Assembly: GCA_051294375.1 (NCBI GenBank)
Contig: CM119264.1
Coordinates: 13,412,813-13,476,812, forward strand
DNA from: Paraspadella gotoi
Taxonomy: Eukaryota > Animalia > Chaetognatha
Direction of reading: 5' to 3'
DNA length: 64,000 bases
A program made the translations under genes and the position numbers. Below the pieces are notes generated by a model that worked only from the letters and a program-made list of their open reading frames with translations, was not told the DNA's origin and made no database searches. This document shows, piece after piece, positions 32,001 to 46,951 of this stretch (positions are counted from its first letter, which is position 1; each line of letters starts with the position of its first letter).

Positions 32001-34963
32001 TCTATGCTGTCCTTGAGTCTTCTTATGTCCCCGTCGCTCATATGTTTCCTTATCGCCTGTGGGATATAGAGCTCGCCGTTCCGGTCCGCCATTGCTGCGT
32101 TGTTTCTGTTGTTGCTTTTGGCATTGTTGTTGTTGTTGTTGCTGTTGTGACGATAGTGTCCGTTCTTTTGCATAGGTTTTATTCCAGAGACAGCGATCGG
32201 AGTTTGATCGGAATCGCCCGAAACTTTCTTTAAAATCCCTCGGAGGATTCCTGTCAATTATACAGGACGCGAAGATTTAAATAGTTATGTGCAAATACAA
32301 TTATACAATATACATTATAAAATATACAGTCCTTTGCAACTAAAAAGAGTACACCCTAAAACATTTATGAATAAATCTTATTAGATTCTTTTATTATGAA
32401 ATATATTATAGGTCAATAATATTTGTAAAAAATAAACTATTGATATAATCATTTAAGCAATGATTTTTTAAATATAAGTATATTCATTATTTAAACAGAA
32501 AAAAATTAACGGATTTTTAACTTTTTTGTGTTTAGGGTATTTTAGCTTTTAAATAAAAAGACTAATTTTCTTATATGGATTTTTTTTTCAAAAATCCATA
32601 TTTACTATTTAAAATTTGTTTAAATATATACCTAAAACGGGCGTAAATTAAGATTTAAGATTTTCCTTTTTTTTTGCACAGGACTGTAGTTATTCCGAAT
32701 TACGGATTGTCATTGAAAAAAGTCCCCGTAAGGAATTCACCGTTCAGCTTGGAATCACTGTTGTGACGCCCTCTGCCGTCTGATTCGGGCGTCACGACAT
32801 TGTTGGAGTGATGATTTGAGTGATGTGAGGATCGGTTGGAAGAGTGATCGAGGTTCGACTTCGGCGTCGGTTTCGGCGCAGTCACCGAAGCCGAATCGGA
32901 TCCGATGCTCACCTGGACGAAATAGCAACAAGAAGATCACAACTACCGAATCCGTCGCGACGACCGAGTCGCTTCCTTTCGCACCTGCGGAGTGTTTTTC
33001 CACAACCTCGCAACTTTTCCTCCCGGAGATCCGAGGCTTTGAGGGGCGGGGACGCTTCCCGGCGCCAAGGACGTCACGTCGCCGATGAATGGCGCATTGA
33101 GGATCGTCGTTCCCGGGGGGGCCACGTTCGGCGGCACCATTCGAGAGAGGGACGACGAAGAGTAGGCGTGGCTGCCTGTGTCCAAAAAGAAACTCGCTTT
33201 CGGTATAGATTTTTTATGGCGTGGGAATAATATTTAAGTAATGAACACCTATTTTTAGTTTTTAACTTTTTATATCATTATTCTTTTCCCATTCGTCCAT
33301 TCCCGTTCATTTGTCATTTGTCAAGTCTCTACCGTTTTCTCACCCACGACCGATGATCGCTCCAGCGGCTCCCATGCCTGGTGATGTGATTGATTGTGAT
33401 GAATCTGTTGCAGTTGCTGGAGCTGCCTGAGTTGATTGGCGGGATGCTGGGGCGGCTTGCTCCTCGACGAAGACTCTCGCTCCTTCGACGAAGATCGGCC
33501 GACTGGAGCCGAGGATATTCTTCCGATTCCATCGTGATGGAGACGGTGATGGTGTTGTGGATGGTGATGATGGAATTGTTGAAGTTGTTGGGAGAGAGAA
33601 GAATATCCTTAGGGCAGAATAAGGGAAAGATAAGAGCATCGAGTTCGCTGTCCAAAATCTTTGAAATTTTTAAATCGATCGCCTCATCACCGATTTCCGA
33701 GTGGTTATCATTTTCCAGACTGTCGACGGAGAGATGATCGTCGTCGTCATTCACAGATCCCTTCGTCGTCGTCGTCGTCGTTCTCTGCGTCGTCCTCCCG
33801 GGCGCCTCCGCGTCCCTCCCCGGCGCCTTCGTCCCTGAGGCCCGAGCCAACTCCTCCAGCGCCCTCCTGCTCTGAGCATCCGCTCCCTGTTGCTGAAGCA
33901 GCAACTGCGCCCGAAAGTGCGCCGTAGCGGAGGGCATTAGCGGCACTTCCGTCACGCCCACTCCTCGCCCCGCCTGGCGATCCAGGTGGTCGAGATAAGC
34001 CTGTGATGGAGAAGGACGTCTTCTATGGGCTCTCTCTCTTATTTAATAGAGCAATTCTTGAGATTTTATGGATAATATGCTTATTGATTAGTTAACTTGG
34101 TGAAGCAAACTATAAATTCAAATAATTATTCGGAAATTTAGACTGGCTATAACAATCATAGAAGCATTACCTTGGAGAAGGTGTGGTGGGTGACCTGACC
34201 CGGAGATCGGGATTCGGCGCTGGTGGCGGCGTGGATGGCGCGGAGGGCGTCCTCGACGGTCGTTTGGCCGGCAGATGCGACGGCGACGCGGCCGGCGAGA
34301 AAGCCGCTTCCGGTTGCGGCGGCGCTGGAAGAGGAAGCGGCCGAGGCTGTGAATGGGCGGGGCTTCTTGTCCGTCCACCTCTTCGCCGACCCGCCGATCG
34401 AGCCGGGCGGGCCGCCGGAGAGTTGAAATCCAGGACCGAGGGCGCCGGGAAAGGCGCCGGTGAAGGGGCCATTCAGGGTGCCGCGTTGGTACTTCTCCGT
34501 GGCTTCCAGTTGCGACTGATAAGCGAGGGTGAGAAAGAATGTCATCGACGCCATGGCAACAAAACAAACAACGGCAACAACCTGTTTACGGTGAGCCAGA
34601 ACCGCTTGCCTTCTCCTTTCCTCCTTCTCTTCCAATTCCCGTTGTTTGTTTTCCAACGTTTTGCGGCGTCGGTTTGTGTCGGCCGACATTTTCTTTTGTC
34701 GGTGGATGATTTGCGCCTTTTGGGCCGACGTGTGAGTGGAGGAGGTATAGCCTGGAAGGGATGGAGGAAGATTAGCAGCTGGTTTTATGAGGGAACGAGA
34801 GAGTCGAAATTTAACGTTCATAAAATAAGAATTAAACAAATATTTATGCAGGAAAATTATAATTCAATACTTTTTAATTAAAAACGATTAACAAAAGCTA
34901 TCATTTACCCTCGAAAGCCGAGTCGACGGCTTGTTGATTTCCATATCGACCGGCCGTCATCAT
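29089..34963 (-). CDS. CEP126: Centrosomal protein CEP126/KIAA1377-like, multi-exon, with low-complexity linkers
   Basis: Blocks recalled from this family occur in order: SADTNRRRKTLENKQRELEEKEERRRQAVLAHRKQ..EATEKYQR, VEDALRAI, LRGILKK, LKDSIDVTR, KKSVRF, DRTPTDEEIQWLWNKVRACL and TALSFEEAKVLLSIERLNERL. The first exon 34963-34909 joins 34752 in phase 1. Not all internal exon borders were resolved. Confidence 0.8.
30627..31076 (-). mobile_element. Family B DINE-1-like copy in a CEP126 intron; related copies at about 37826-38135 and 42733-43062
   Basis: Subterminal inverted GTTG(C/T)GCCGC, hairpin GCGAGTACTCGC and a GTCT/GTCG microsatellite. The body is shared with 37826-38030. Confidence 0.6.
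32325..32688. mobile_element. Tc1-like MITE in a CEP126 intron
   Basis: Ends TACAGTCCTTTGCAA and TTGCACAGGACTGTA, i.e. TA plus CAGT termini. Confidence 0.7.
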
Positions 34964-36164
34964 CGTCGTCAATACAATTGATGCGCCGGGTCAAAGGTCA
35001 AGAATCCAAGTCGCGCGCTGAATCACAGGTCAGCAATCCGGGACAAAGTCACGCACCGGGTCAAAAATTTTATCCTAAATTCGGGAATTCACGTGGAATA
35101 AATCGTGTCCGAATTCTCGGCCGAGGGATAAACACTCTGGGTCCTTTTTTAACGTCTAGGGTCAAGGTCAAACGCACTACCGAGTTTTTTTATGCTTTCT
35201 TTTTCTTCGTTCTTCTCGACCGAGAAAAAAAAAGGGAAAACAAACTGAGTGATCTTTTGTTTCTTTTCTTTTTGGTTTTCGTTTCTAAATATAGAGCCAG
35301 AGTTAGTTCAGTCTGAGCCGTTGGTTGACAGTAATATGATGTCTTTCAACCCGTCTCTCCAATCCCTTCTCCTCGTTCTCCTAAATCTCTTATTGTTTTC
35401 CCCATATTGTCCTCGTCGTCGTCGCGACGTGGACGACGCGTCGAGATAAAATTGATGAAGGTCGGACCAGCGACTTTTGTTTGTTTACTCGTTTGTTTAT
35501 CGTCCGGTTTCGCTCAATAGTTTATTTTCCTTCGTCGTTATCTCTCGACCAGGACGACGCGGAATGAGGACGTGGTGAAACGTTAAAAGGGAGACGGTTC
35601 CCTTTCTTTACCCGACTTGGATTTCATTGCACTCGTCTTTTCGATTCATCGAAAGCTAAATCCATTTCAGACGAATCCATTGCACTTGGTTCTGTCCTTG
35701 ATGATCGTCCTCTTGGGATCCGTTGTTGTTGTTGTTTTTTTTTCGTCTTATTTTTGCCCGGAGAGGTGGGGGGGCGCGGGTTTAACGGAAGAGGGGTTGT
35801 TTTTGGCTCAGCTAAAGATGAGTTCTTTTTTTTTAGTTGATTATCTTGGTTGATTTTATTGATTTTTTTCTTCTTTTTTTTTCTTCAGGTGCGAATATTT
35901 TTTGTGTCGGGAAACGAGACAGTATCGATTATTTCTAAACTAACTGAAGTAAAAAAATTCTAAGTTATGGAGCAAAAAATCTAGTTTCAATGGTCTGTGG
36001 CTTAACTAATAACCACAATAAAAGTCGTGCGAACATTAAATATGATCAAAAAATACAACATAATATATAGGAGATAAAAGAGATGACAAGATGCCTACCA
36101 AGTTTTTTAGCCTAATGAAGGACAAGATATCATGACAAAAAAAAGCGAAGAAAAAGACAAAAAA

Positions 36165-36245
36165 GTAGATGACGTCACTGACGGAAAGAGGGTCGCCGTC
36201 GCCGTCGCCGTCGGTTCAGGCGGAAGTCGGAGGAAGATGGGATTA
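36165..36245. promoter_or_regulatory. Candidate CEP126 promoter elements (CRE, ETS)
   Basis: TGACGTCA and GGCGGAAGT in a GC-rich patch about 1.2 kb upstream of the CEP126 ATG. Confidence 0.35.
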
Positions 36246-36838
36246 AGCCTCATAAATAAAGAAAAGGAAAAAAAAAGGAAATGGCCGAAAAGGGATAAAA
36301 AAGGAGGAAAGGAAAAAGGAAATTAACGATTCCTCGAGTGAGGAACACGAACTCGACGAAAAAGGAAAAGGAACGGGGGGGGGGAGGAAGGAGGGAGCGG
36401 AGAGACGGCCGAGGAAAAGATGTGGCTAAGAGGAATTTAAGTGAGAGAAGATTTTAGTAAAGTTAGTCAAGTAGAGATGTAAGCCACCGAGAGAAAGACT
36501 GACAGCGAAAAACGAACGCCGTGTTTTGAAGAAAGTTCCCGAACGAATTTTAGACAAAATGCCCTTGATAGAAAAATTAGGAAGAAAAAAATTGTCAGCT
36601 CTGAATTTTGAATTAAATTTAGATTTATAAGACTTGTTGGCGCAAGTCGGATGGATACAGCGAAAACTATGTAAAGTTTCTTCGTCGGCCAAAACTGTTG
36701 AAACGAGTTTCTACTATGGCAGCGGCTGATTTTTTTTGTCAAAAAGGCTTTTTTTTTTTAAGTTGAAAACTTTTGAGTAAAAAATTCCGCAAAAAGGAAA
36801 CTCATTAATAGTAAAAAATGTTTTTTCCTATTTGCTTT

Positions 36839-36915
<77 letters not shown>

Positions 36916-38393
36916 TTGGCCGGTCGTCATGGCGACTTGGCTGAATACTCGCGTGTTATCATCGTCGCTGAAACCCGAGCCTCAACTTTCTTCCTTCTTT
37001 TATATTGTTATTTTTTCTAATTTTTTTTGTCTTTTTTTTTTTCATGCGTCGCATGAAGACGACATCCCTTTAGTTCATAATGAAAATAAGAATAAAAATA
37101 TCAAGATTATTATTTTTGTTCCATGTGATAATAACAAAATATAAACAAAATTCATACGAATCGTTGTTCCTTTAACTTTCGTCTTTCCATTTTATTTTCT
37201 TCAAGCGCTTCCGAAAAAAAGATTCTCCACCGCAGAAAGTCGGAAAACCTGTTCGTAACGAGATGTCGTATTCAGAAGACACATGAGACCGAAGCCTTCG
37301 AAACAACTGACCCCATGTTCGGCAACCATCATCAGACGTTTCTCAGTCCCTCTCGTTGTTGCCATTTTGTTTTTGAGCCTCTCCCCCTCCCAACCTTTTT
37401 GCCCTTTCTACACTTTGCGTTAAAAGTGTCTCAAAAGGGTTTGTGTGGCTTTCGTCCTTCAAAGGTCCCTCCATCGCAAACTTCTTTTTAGCTGCAAGGT
37501 CTGTCTGTCTGTCTGTCTTCTCCTGGTGACCGTTTCCTTTATCCTTCCAACACCCTCTAACGATCTCCCCTTCCCCAACCACCACCGTATTCCTTTCCAA
37601 TGATATATCGAGTCCAAAATAAAACCCAAAACTTGTCTCGATTCATGACGGAAAGAATCAATAACAGACAAGACGACGAATTTCAGTTATTGAGGTTTTT
37701 TTTTTATCCTCTTTGCTTATTGATTTTTACAGAATGTACAGAATTAGAAACTGTATCAAATTCGTCTGAACAGTTATATTTTTTAGTTCTCTCAACAATC
37801 ATCCACCTTCACTTACGATGCACTTATTAGTTGCGCCGCGAGTACTTTTCGGTCGGTCTGTCGGTCGGTATATCTGTACGTCGGTCTGTCCCACTTACAT
37901 TAAAATTTTATATAATTTGCCTAGAGTTGGTTGCTTATTTGTTAAGACAGAAAAAAACCTCAAATCTAAGCGCCGCCTTCAGGAACTCCTAAAACTATAA
38001 GGAATAAAAGACGGAATTTTGATGCAGTGCAAGTCATAAATAGACAGGCAAAGAAATTTTTTTAATCATGTGATAAAATGGAAATGCTCGTAAAAATAAA
38101 GTCATTACGGCGCAAGTTTTTACGTTCTTGTTTTTCTCAAAAGCATAATAATACTTTACTAGTTTTCCTCTGGGATCTTCTGAATATATTACTCATGTTG
38201 GCTTTCAGATTCTCTCGCTTATTTTTCAGTTTTCTCTCGGCAGGCGGCTGGCGACAGTCGGCTGGCGACAGAGGATCAGCGCCACCGACGTTGCGCCTTG
38301 TTATCGCCGACATTGAATCTCATCTAATAATAGCAATGATACATCGACCGATAAGAATGAGGCCCGTCGATTAATCGATAAATCTGCACTAAT

Positions 38394-38520
<127 letters not shown>

Positions 38521-39271
38521 ACTCCCTTCCCTCCCTTTCTCCGTCGGAACTCCTCTTAACGGTGAGCGGAAGATTGTTTGGGTCGAGATTGATTGAGGAA
38601 AAGGCTTGTCTCGTCGGTACAATTATGGCTGCTGTCGGTAAAATCAAAACCCTTTCTCCGAACGCGATCGTAAATTTTGCGTCAATGACTATGACGACAA
38701 AAATAACCCCACACACCAGAGGGAAAAAAAAGGCCAACTTTTACGGGGCCGAAAATCCCGCCGATCTCTCGGCCGAGATGTGCCGGACAAAAAAAAAAAA
38801 AAAAGAATTGACTGCTTTAATTGCCCCCCTGCCCGTTTCCCGCGGCCACTCGTTTAAAGGTTTCGCTAATTATGAAAATTAATCAATTATCATTCCGACG
38901 GAATTGCGTTATTTACTTTTGCCCCTCCGAAATTAAACGGTATCGGCAAACCGAGGCGTCCTTTCACTTCATTCACCGCCCACGATCGGAAGCGTCGCGG
39001 CTTCAGTTTCGTCGGGGGAAGATCGCAAATGGCCGACAAGAATGCTGCAACAAAATTTGTTGACGGCAATGGGCTGACAAGTATGCAACTGTAAAACCGG
39101 GCGGTAAAAGCGTAAATCATGGATTGGCGAAGGTTATGTCAGTAGATTTCGATACAATATGGCCGCTGGAAAAAAAAAAGCAGTTTTCTAATTTTATCAA
39201 GAGCTGGGAAGGCGGAAGGGATTGGAGGTAGAGGGAGGGAGGGTGAGAGAGAGAGAGAGAGAGAGAGAAAG

Positions 39272-39328
<57 letters not shown>

Positions 39329-39703
39329 CATATATATATATATATATTTTGAATTGCTTACTTAGGTGAGCGTTTTAAAACTAAAAGTTCGTTGGAAAGA
39401 GACTATATTTTTTTGAAGGGACAACCCGACAATCCGACATCCTTAAGACCGACAAACGAGACGATACTAAAAAGATAACGAAACTGTAAACTTCCTCGCT
39501 CGTTAACGGAGTTGAGGTAAGAGTGGGAGATGACTGGAGATCGGAGGGCGTGGAGAAGACGATTGAAAAAGGGGGCGGTGGTGCCGTGGTGGGCTGGTGG
39601 CCAGTGGGGGAGAAGTGAGGAGAAATTAGGGGCGAGGGAGGAATGTGTTTCTACTTTCTACTATTTTACGACTCGGTGATTTGTGGTCGAAACGTCCATC
39701 GTC

Positions 39704-39822
<119 letters not shown>

Positions 39823-41044
39823 CATGGTGTCTACAGTCATTTCGAAATTAGCGGAAGAACACCAATTTCTGTTCCTAGGTTATGAGCAGCGATTGGATAC
39901 ATCGTTCAAGTTTTCTGAAAGCCTCGTGATCTTTTAATTCCGATATTGTCCTTCCTAGTTTGTTTTTTGGTAAGAAAAAATATTTTTTGTCAGAAATACT
40001 AGCTAGAGCATCTAGATAAAAATGACAGAATATTAATTTTTCGAGAATTACCCACATAGTACTTATTACATATCTATCACCGAGTGCTGGCATTAAAAAG
40101 AGAGACTTAAATACGAGAGACTAGCGGAAGTCCATTTTTCGTGACGCCGCGGAGCAACAATTTTCGACTTGTCGCCGACGTTTTTAATTCTCAACTCTCC
40201 GTATCCTATCCGTCAATGCGGCGCAAAATATTGAAATTGCCTTTTTTTCCGTTTTAAAAATAAATAAATAAAACCGGTCTAATTGAAAAAAAAAGGCAAT
40301 TGGAGGCAGGCATCTAGTTTAGAGGCTGGCCCCTTTTTTTGGAGGACGGCCCGCTTTTTCCCCGTTTTTCCGTTTTAAAATGTTTTATTTACTACATCAA
40401 AGAGGATGATTAACTGAGGCTATAAAACAGTCAGTTAAAACCTCTGCTCCAATCATCTTAAAACGAGTCGAAACGGGGGCCTTATTTTGAGAGGTGGGTT
40501 TGAGAGGGGCGATGGTTTTGAATAAACAAATTGGATTTTGCTACTTTAAACTCTTTAAACGATTATTTCGCTTATACAAATATATATATGCGATTTTATT
40601 CGAATACAACGAGGTCGATTCAGTACAATCATCATTGACAAACAAAACAAACATTGACTAAGTCTGAGCAAACAAAAAACATTTTAAAATAGAGGAGAAA
40701 AAACAGTTAATGAAATAAAATTAATTCATTAAAGTTTAAACAATTAAAAATTGTTCTTATGTTGTAAAAAAACGGAACAAGTTTCTGAAGAACAGTATTT
40801 TTCATTGTATATATCTTTGAGATAAAGGTTTTCTTACGATTATTAAAAATTGTAGATAGGTCGTGGTATCCAAACATACTCCTAATATACAAATACTATT
40901 ACTTTTAATAGACGGTGCGCCTCCTAATTTTATCCTATCGGGACTCTGGTTCTAACGTCAACGATTCTAAAGTTAAACTTTCTTTGCTCATTCGCATCAA
41001 ATTCAGGGGATTTTTTCTCACACTTTCAGGATCTGAGGTGACAG

Positions 41045-41157
<113 letters not shown>

Positions 41158-41480
41158 ATCTCTCCATCTTACAAATGAACAATATTCTCTGTCACGGCAC
41201 CCAACACTGCAACTCGTTTGCCCTAATCGCCTCGCTCCCCCAACCCTTTTTTCAAACCCTCATAAGTCACTCCTACTCAAAAGACATAAATTATTAGCGC
41301 CGCCGCTTTCGGACGCTTCTGCCGCGGCGACGGCTGCTGCAGCTGCCGAAATCTTTCGTCGGCGCCAATGGATGAAAATTAGAGATTTATGTCCAACAAC
41401 TGGACAAGACGGTTGTGGGTGTGAGAGTTATGTCGGGAGAAAGAAGACGTTTGGGGAAAAAGAAAAGGGTAAGGGGTTTA

Positions 41481-41560
<80 letters not shown>

Positions 41561-41681
41561 AGAGAAGAGAGAGAGAAGAGAAGAAGAGGAGATAGAATGA
41601 TTTTTAGCTGATCTAATATTGCTATCATGTTTTCAAATTTTTCAAATTTAATCGGGCAATGACCTTACAATCCGCCGAGCC

Positions 41682-41781
<100 letters not shown>

Positions 41782-42579
41782 ATGAATGAACGAATGGATA
41801 TTTTTTTTTTTTAACTCAAGAAACCTTTCCCTTTTATTGCGTAATTCCACGGTGTAATACTTTGCTGGTTAACGAGAAATCCGAACTACGAAACTACGAA
41901 CGACGATCCCAAAACTGGTCGGTCCGTCACAGAAGGATCGAGCGCGGTGATCGTTGGACAAAGAACGACCCACGACGATCCCCTCGCGTTGCGATCCAAT
42001 GTGGGCGAAGGAACGTGATCGAGTCGGATTTATGATCCCCGATCGAAATCGAAAAAGCATAACCACTTCTCTCTCTTTTTTTTTCATTCTCTGATTTGGT
42101 TCCCTCGTCCCCATTAAATTCTCGACCAGACTTTTAAGTCCCTTCGATGCGCATAATTCAAGTCTCGAAAATCCTCCTTTCAACGAAAATGCTTTACAGC
42201 CGACGAGCGCTTCCCCNNNNNNNNNNNNNNNNNNNNNNNNNAGATCGACTCTAATGTTCTGTATTTCGGCTCTTAGACCTCAATGATGAATTGTAGTGAA
42301 CAGTCGACCGCTCGTGTGATATTCGAATAAAAAATCGCATATAATATATTACGTGTATACGAGCGAAAATAGTAATTCCGGTTTTAAAGAGTTCTTAACT
42401 ATAGCAAAATCCGAAGTTTGATTTATTCACAAAACTCATGACGTGGCAACACTCACAATAGCCTTCAAAACCCACTCCTGTCTCGATTCTCATGACGGAA
42501 CTACTGATCAAAACTAGATAAGTGCCAGCACCGTTAACTCGAGAAAACGTCGATTTTGAGACGTGATATGGAGTCAGAA

Positions 42580-43378
42580 TGAGTTATTGAGGGTTTCTTT
42601 TTTTATCTCGTTTTTGCTTATTAGATTTTTACAGAATGTAACAGAATTAGAAACTGTATCAAATTCGTCTGAACAGTTATATCTTTTTAGTTCTTCGTCA
42701 CAATATGCCACCTTCACTTACGATGCACTTTATTAGTTGCGCGCCGCGAGTACTTGTTGGTCGGTCTGTCGGTCGGTAATATCTGTACGTCGTCTTGTCC
42801 ACTTACATTAAAAATTTTATATAATATTGCTAGAGTTTGGTTGCTTAATTTTGTTAGACAGAAAAAACCTCAATCTAAAGCGCCCGCTTCAGAGAACTCC
42901 TAATAAACTATAAGGGAATAAAAGACGGAATTTTGAGATGCAGTGCAAGTCATAAATAGACAGGCCAAAAGAAATTTTTTTAATTCATGCGTGATATTAA
43001 AATGGAAATGCTCGTAGAAAATAAACAGTCATTACGGGCGCAAGTTTTTACGTTCTTGTTTTTCCTCAAAAGCATAATAATCACTTTACTAGTTTTCTCT
43101 CTGGGATCTTCTGAAATATTTCACTCTGTTGGTTTCAAGATTCCTCTCGGCTATTTTTCAGTGTTTCTCTCGGCCAAGGTCGGCTGCGACAGTCCGGCTG
43201 GGACAGGGATCATGCGCGCACCAGAACGTTTTGCGCCTTGTTATCGCCGACATTGAATCTCATCTAATAATCAGCAATTGAATACATCGATTCCGATAGA
43301 GAATGAGGCCGCGTCGATTAATGATAAATCTGCACTACTTATTTCTCATCTCTCCTCTCTTCGCTCCCGTCATCTCTC

Positions 43379-43421
<43 letters not shown>

Positions 43422-46400
43422 TCTCCAGTCCGCACTCCTCTCTACTCCTTCCCCTCTTCTCCATTTCCGTCGGACTCCTCTTAACGGTGAGGCGGAAAAA
43501 AAGATTGGTTTTTTGGGTCGAGATTTGATTGGAAGGAAAAGGCTTTGACTCGTGGTACACGATTAATCGGCTGCTGTCGGTAGAATCAAACCTTTATCTC
43601 CGAAAGCGATCGTCAAATTTTTGCCGTAATGACTATGAGGAGAAATAACCCCAACCATCACCAGAGAGGAAAAAAGGCCAACTTTTACGGGGCGAAAATC
43701 CCAGCGATCTTCTCGGCCGAAGATGTGCCGGGCAAAAAAAAAAAAAAAAAAGAATTGACTGCTTTAATTGCCCCCGCTGCCCGTTTCCCGCGCCACTCGT
43801 TAAAAGGTTTCGCTAATCTATGAAATTAATCAACTTAATCATTTCCGAGGAATTGGGCGTTATTTAGACTTTGCCCCTCCCGAAATTAAACGGTAATCGG
43901 AAACCGAGGCGTACCTTTCACTTCATTTCACCGACGCGACGACGCACTCGAAGCGTCGCGCGGCTTCAGTTTCTGTAGGGCGGAAGATCGCAAATGCGCC
44001 GACAAGAATGCTGCCAAGCAAAAGATTGTTGACGCAATGGGCTGACCGAAGTAATGCAACTTGTAAAAACCGGCGCGCGTAAAAGCGTAAATCACTGGAT
44101 TGGCGAAGGTATTTATGTCAGTAGATTATCGATAACAATATATGGCCGTGGAAAAAAAAAGCAGTTTTCTAATTTTATCAGCAGAAGCTGGGAAGCGCGA
44201 AAGGGATTGGAGGTAAGAGGGAGGGAGAGGAGGGTGAGAGATGAGAAGAGAGAGAGAGAAAGGAGAGAGAGAGAGAGGAGAGAGAGAGGAGACGAGAGAG
44301 AGAGAGGAGAGAGAGCATATATATATACTATTATTTTTGAATGCTTACTTAGGTGAGCGTTTTAAAAACTAAAAAGTTCGATGGAAAGAGACCTATATTT
44401 TTTTGAAAGGGACAACACCGACAATGGCCGACAGATCCTTAAGGATCCGGCGACAAACGAGACGATACTAAAAGATAACGAGAAACTGTAAACTTCCTCG
44501 CTTCGTTACGGAGGTGAGGTAACGAGTGGGAGGATGACTGGAGATCGGAGGGCGTGGAGAAGACGATGACAAAAGGGGGCGGTGGTTGCCCGTGGTGGGC
44601 TGGTGGCTAACAGTGGGGAGAAGTGAGGGAAAATTAGGGGCGAGGGAGGAATGTGTTTTAACCTTTCTACTATTTTTACGACTCGGTGAATTTGTGGTCG
44701 AAACCGTCCCATCGTGCGTCCATCTCTCTCCTCTCTCTCTCTTCTCTCTCTCTCTCTTTCTCTCTTTCATCTCTCTCTCTCTCTCTCTCCTCTCTCCTCT
44801 TCGATCTCCTCTCGTCTCTCCCCCCTCTTTTCATATATTTTAACGAGTTTTACCCTAAGGTATTCTGGTTGAAACTTTATTCCTCTCTCTCTCTCTCTCT
44901 CTCTCCTTTCCTCGTTATCTCTCTCTCTCTCTCTCTCCTCTCTCCCTCTCCCCCTTTAGTCAGTGGTGTCTAACAAGTCATCTTCGGAAATTAAGCGGAA
45001 GAACACCAATTTCTGGTTCCTAGGTTATGAAGCGAAGCGATTGGATACTCGATGTTCAAGTTTTCTGGAAAGCCTCGGCGTGATCTTCTTAATCTCCGAT
45101 ATTGTCCTTCCTAGTGTTTGTTTTTGGTAAGAAAAATATATTTTTGTCAGAAATCTAGCTAGAAGGCATCTAGAATGAAAAAATGAACAGAAATATTAAA
45201 TTTTTCCGAGAATTACCCCACATAGTCAACTTATACATATCTATCACCGCGTAGTGCTGGCATTAAAAAGAGAGACTTAATGATCGAGAGACTAGCGGAA
45301 GTCCATTTTGCTCGTGACGCCGCGGAGGCAACAATTTTCGACTTGTCGCCGAGCGTTTTTCAATTCTCAAACTCTAACGCTAATCCTATGCCGTACATGC
45401 GCGCGAAAACTATTGAAATGTGCTTTTTTTTCCGTTTTAAAATAAATTAAATAAAACCGAGTCTAATTGACAAAAAAAAGGCATTGGAGGCAGCGTGCAT
45501 TAGTTAGAGGCTGGCGCCCTTTTTTTTGGAGGACGGCCCGCTTTTTTCCCGTTTTTTCTCGATATTTCCGTTTTAAAAATGTTTTATTTAACTCACATCA
45601 AAAGAGGATGATTACACTGAGGCTATAAACAGTCAGTTAAAACCTCTGCCTCCATATCATCTTAAACGAGTTCGACAACGGGGCCTTATTTTGAGAGGTG
45701 GTTTGAGAGGGGCGATGGTTTTGAATAAAAAGATTGGATTTTGCTACTTTAAACTCTTTAAACGATTATTTGCTTAACAATTATATATAACTGCGATTTA
45801 TATTCGCAAATACAACGAGGTCGATTCAGTAAAATCATCATTGACAAACAAAACAAAACAGTTGACTAAGTCTGAGCAAACAAAAAACATTTTAAAAATA
45901 GAGGAGAGAAAACAGTTAATGAATAAAATTAATTCATTAAGTTGGTAAACAATTAAAAATTGTGTTCTTATGTTGTAAAAAAACGAGAACAAGTTTTCGA
46001 AGAACCAGTATGGTTTCATTGTATACTATCTTTGAGACTAAAGGTTTTCTTACGATTATTAAAATTGTAGATAGGTCGTGTATCCAAACATACTACTCTA
46101 ATATACAAATACTATTACTTTTAATAGAGGTGCGCCCCCTAAATTTTACTCCTATCTGGGAACTTCCTGGTTCTAACGTCACACGATTCTAGAAGTTAAA
46201 CTTTCATTTGCTGCATTCGCATCAAATTCAGCGGATTTTTTCTCAACAATTTCAGGATCTGAGGTGACAGTCCCTCTCTCTCTCTCTCTCTCTCTCTCTC
46301 ATCCTCTCTCTCTCTTCTCTCTATCTCTCTCAGTTTCTCTCTCTCTCTCTCGGTCTCGTCTCACTCTCTCTCTCCTTTCATCTCGTCCATCTTAACAAAT

Positions 46401-46722
46401 GGAACAATTATTCTCTGTACGGCACCCAACATGGCAACTTCGTTTGCCCTAATCGCCTCGCTCCCCCAACCTTTTTTTTCAAAACCCTCATAAGTCGCAC
46501 TCCTACTAAGAAGACATAAATTATTAGCTGCCGCCGCTTTCGGCACGCTTCTGCTGCGGCGACGGCTGCTGCAGCTTGCCGAAATCTTTCGTCGGCGCCA
46601 ATGGATGAAAATTAGAAGTATTTACATGTCCAACAACTGGACAAGACGGTTGTGGTGTGATGAGTTAATGTCGGGAGAAAGAAGCGTTTTGGGGAAAAAG
46701 AAAAAGGTAAGGGGTTTAAGGA

Positions 46723-46778
<56 letters not shown>

Positions 46779-46897
46779 GAAGAGAGAGAGAGAGAAGATA
46801 AGAGAGGAATGAAAGTTTTTAGCCTGATCTAATAATTGCTATCATTTGTTCAAATTTTTCAAATTTAATCGGCAATAGCCTTGACAATCCGCCGAGC

Positions 46898-46951
<54 letters not shown>

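Noticed and set aside
34118-34881. Overlapping and antisense ORFs as separate genes
   Set aside because: They are shadows of GC-rich CEP126 exons.
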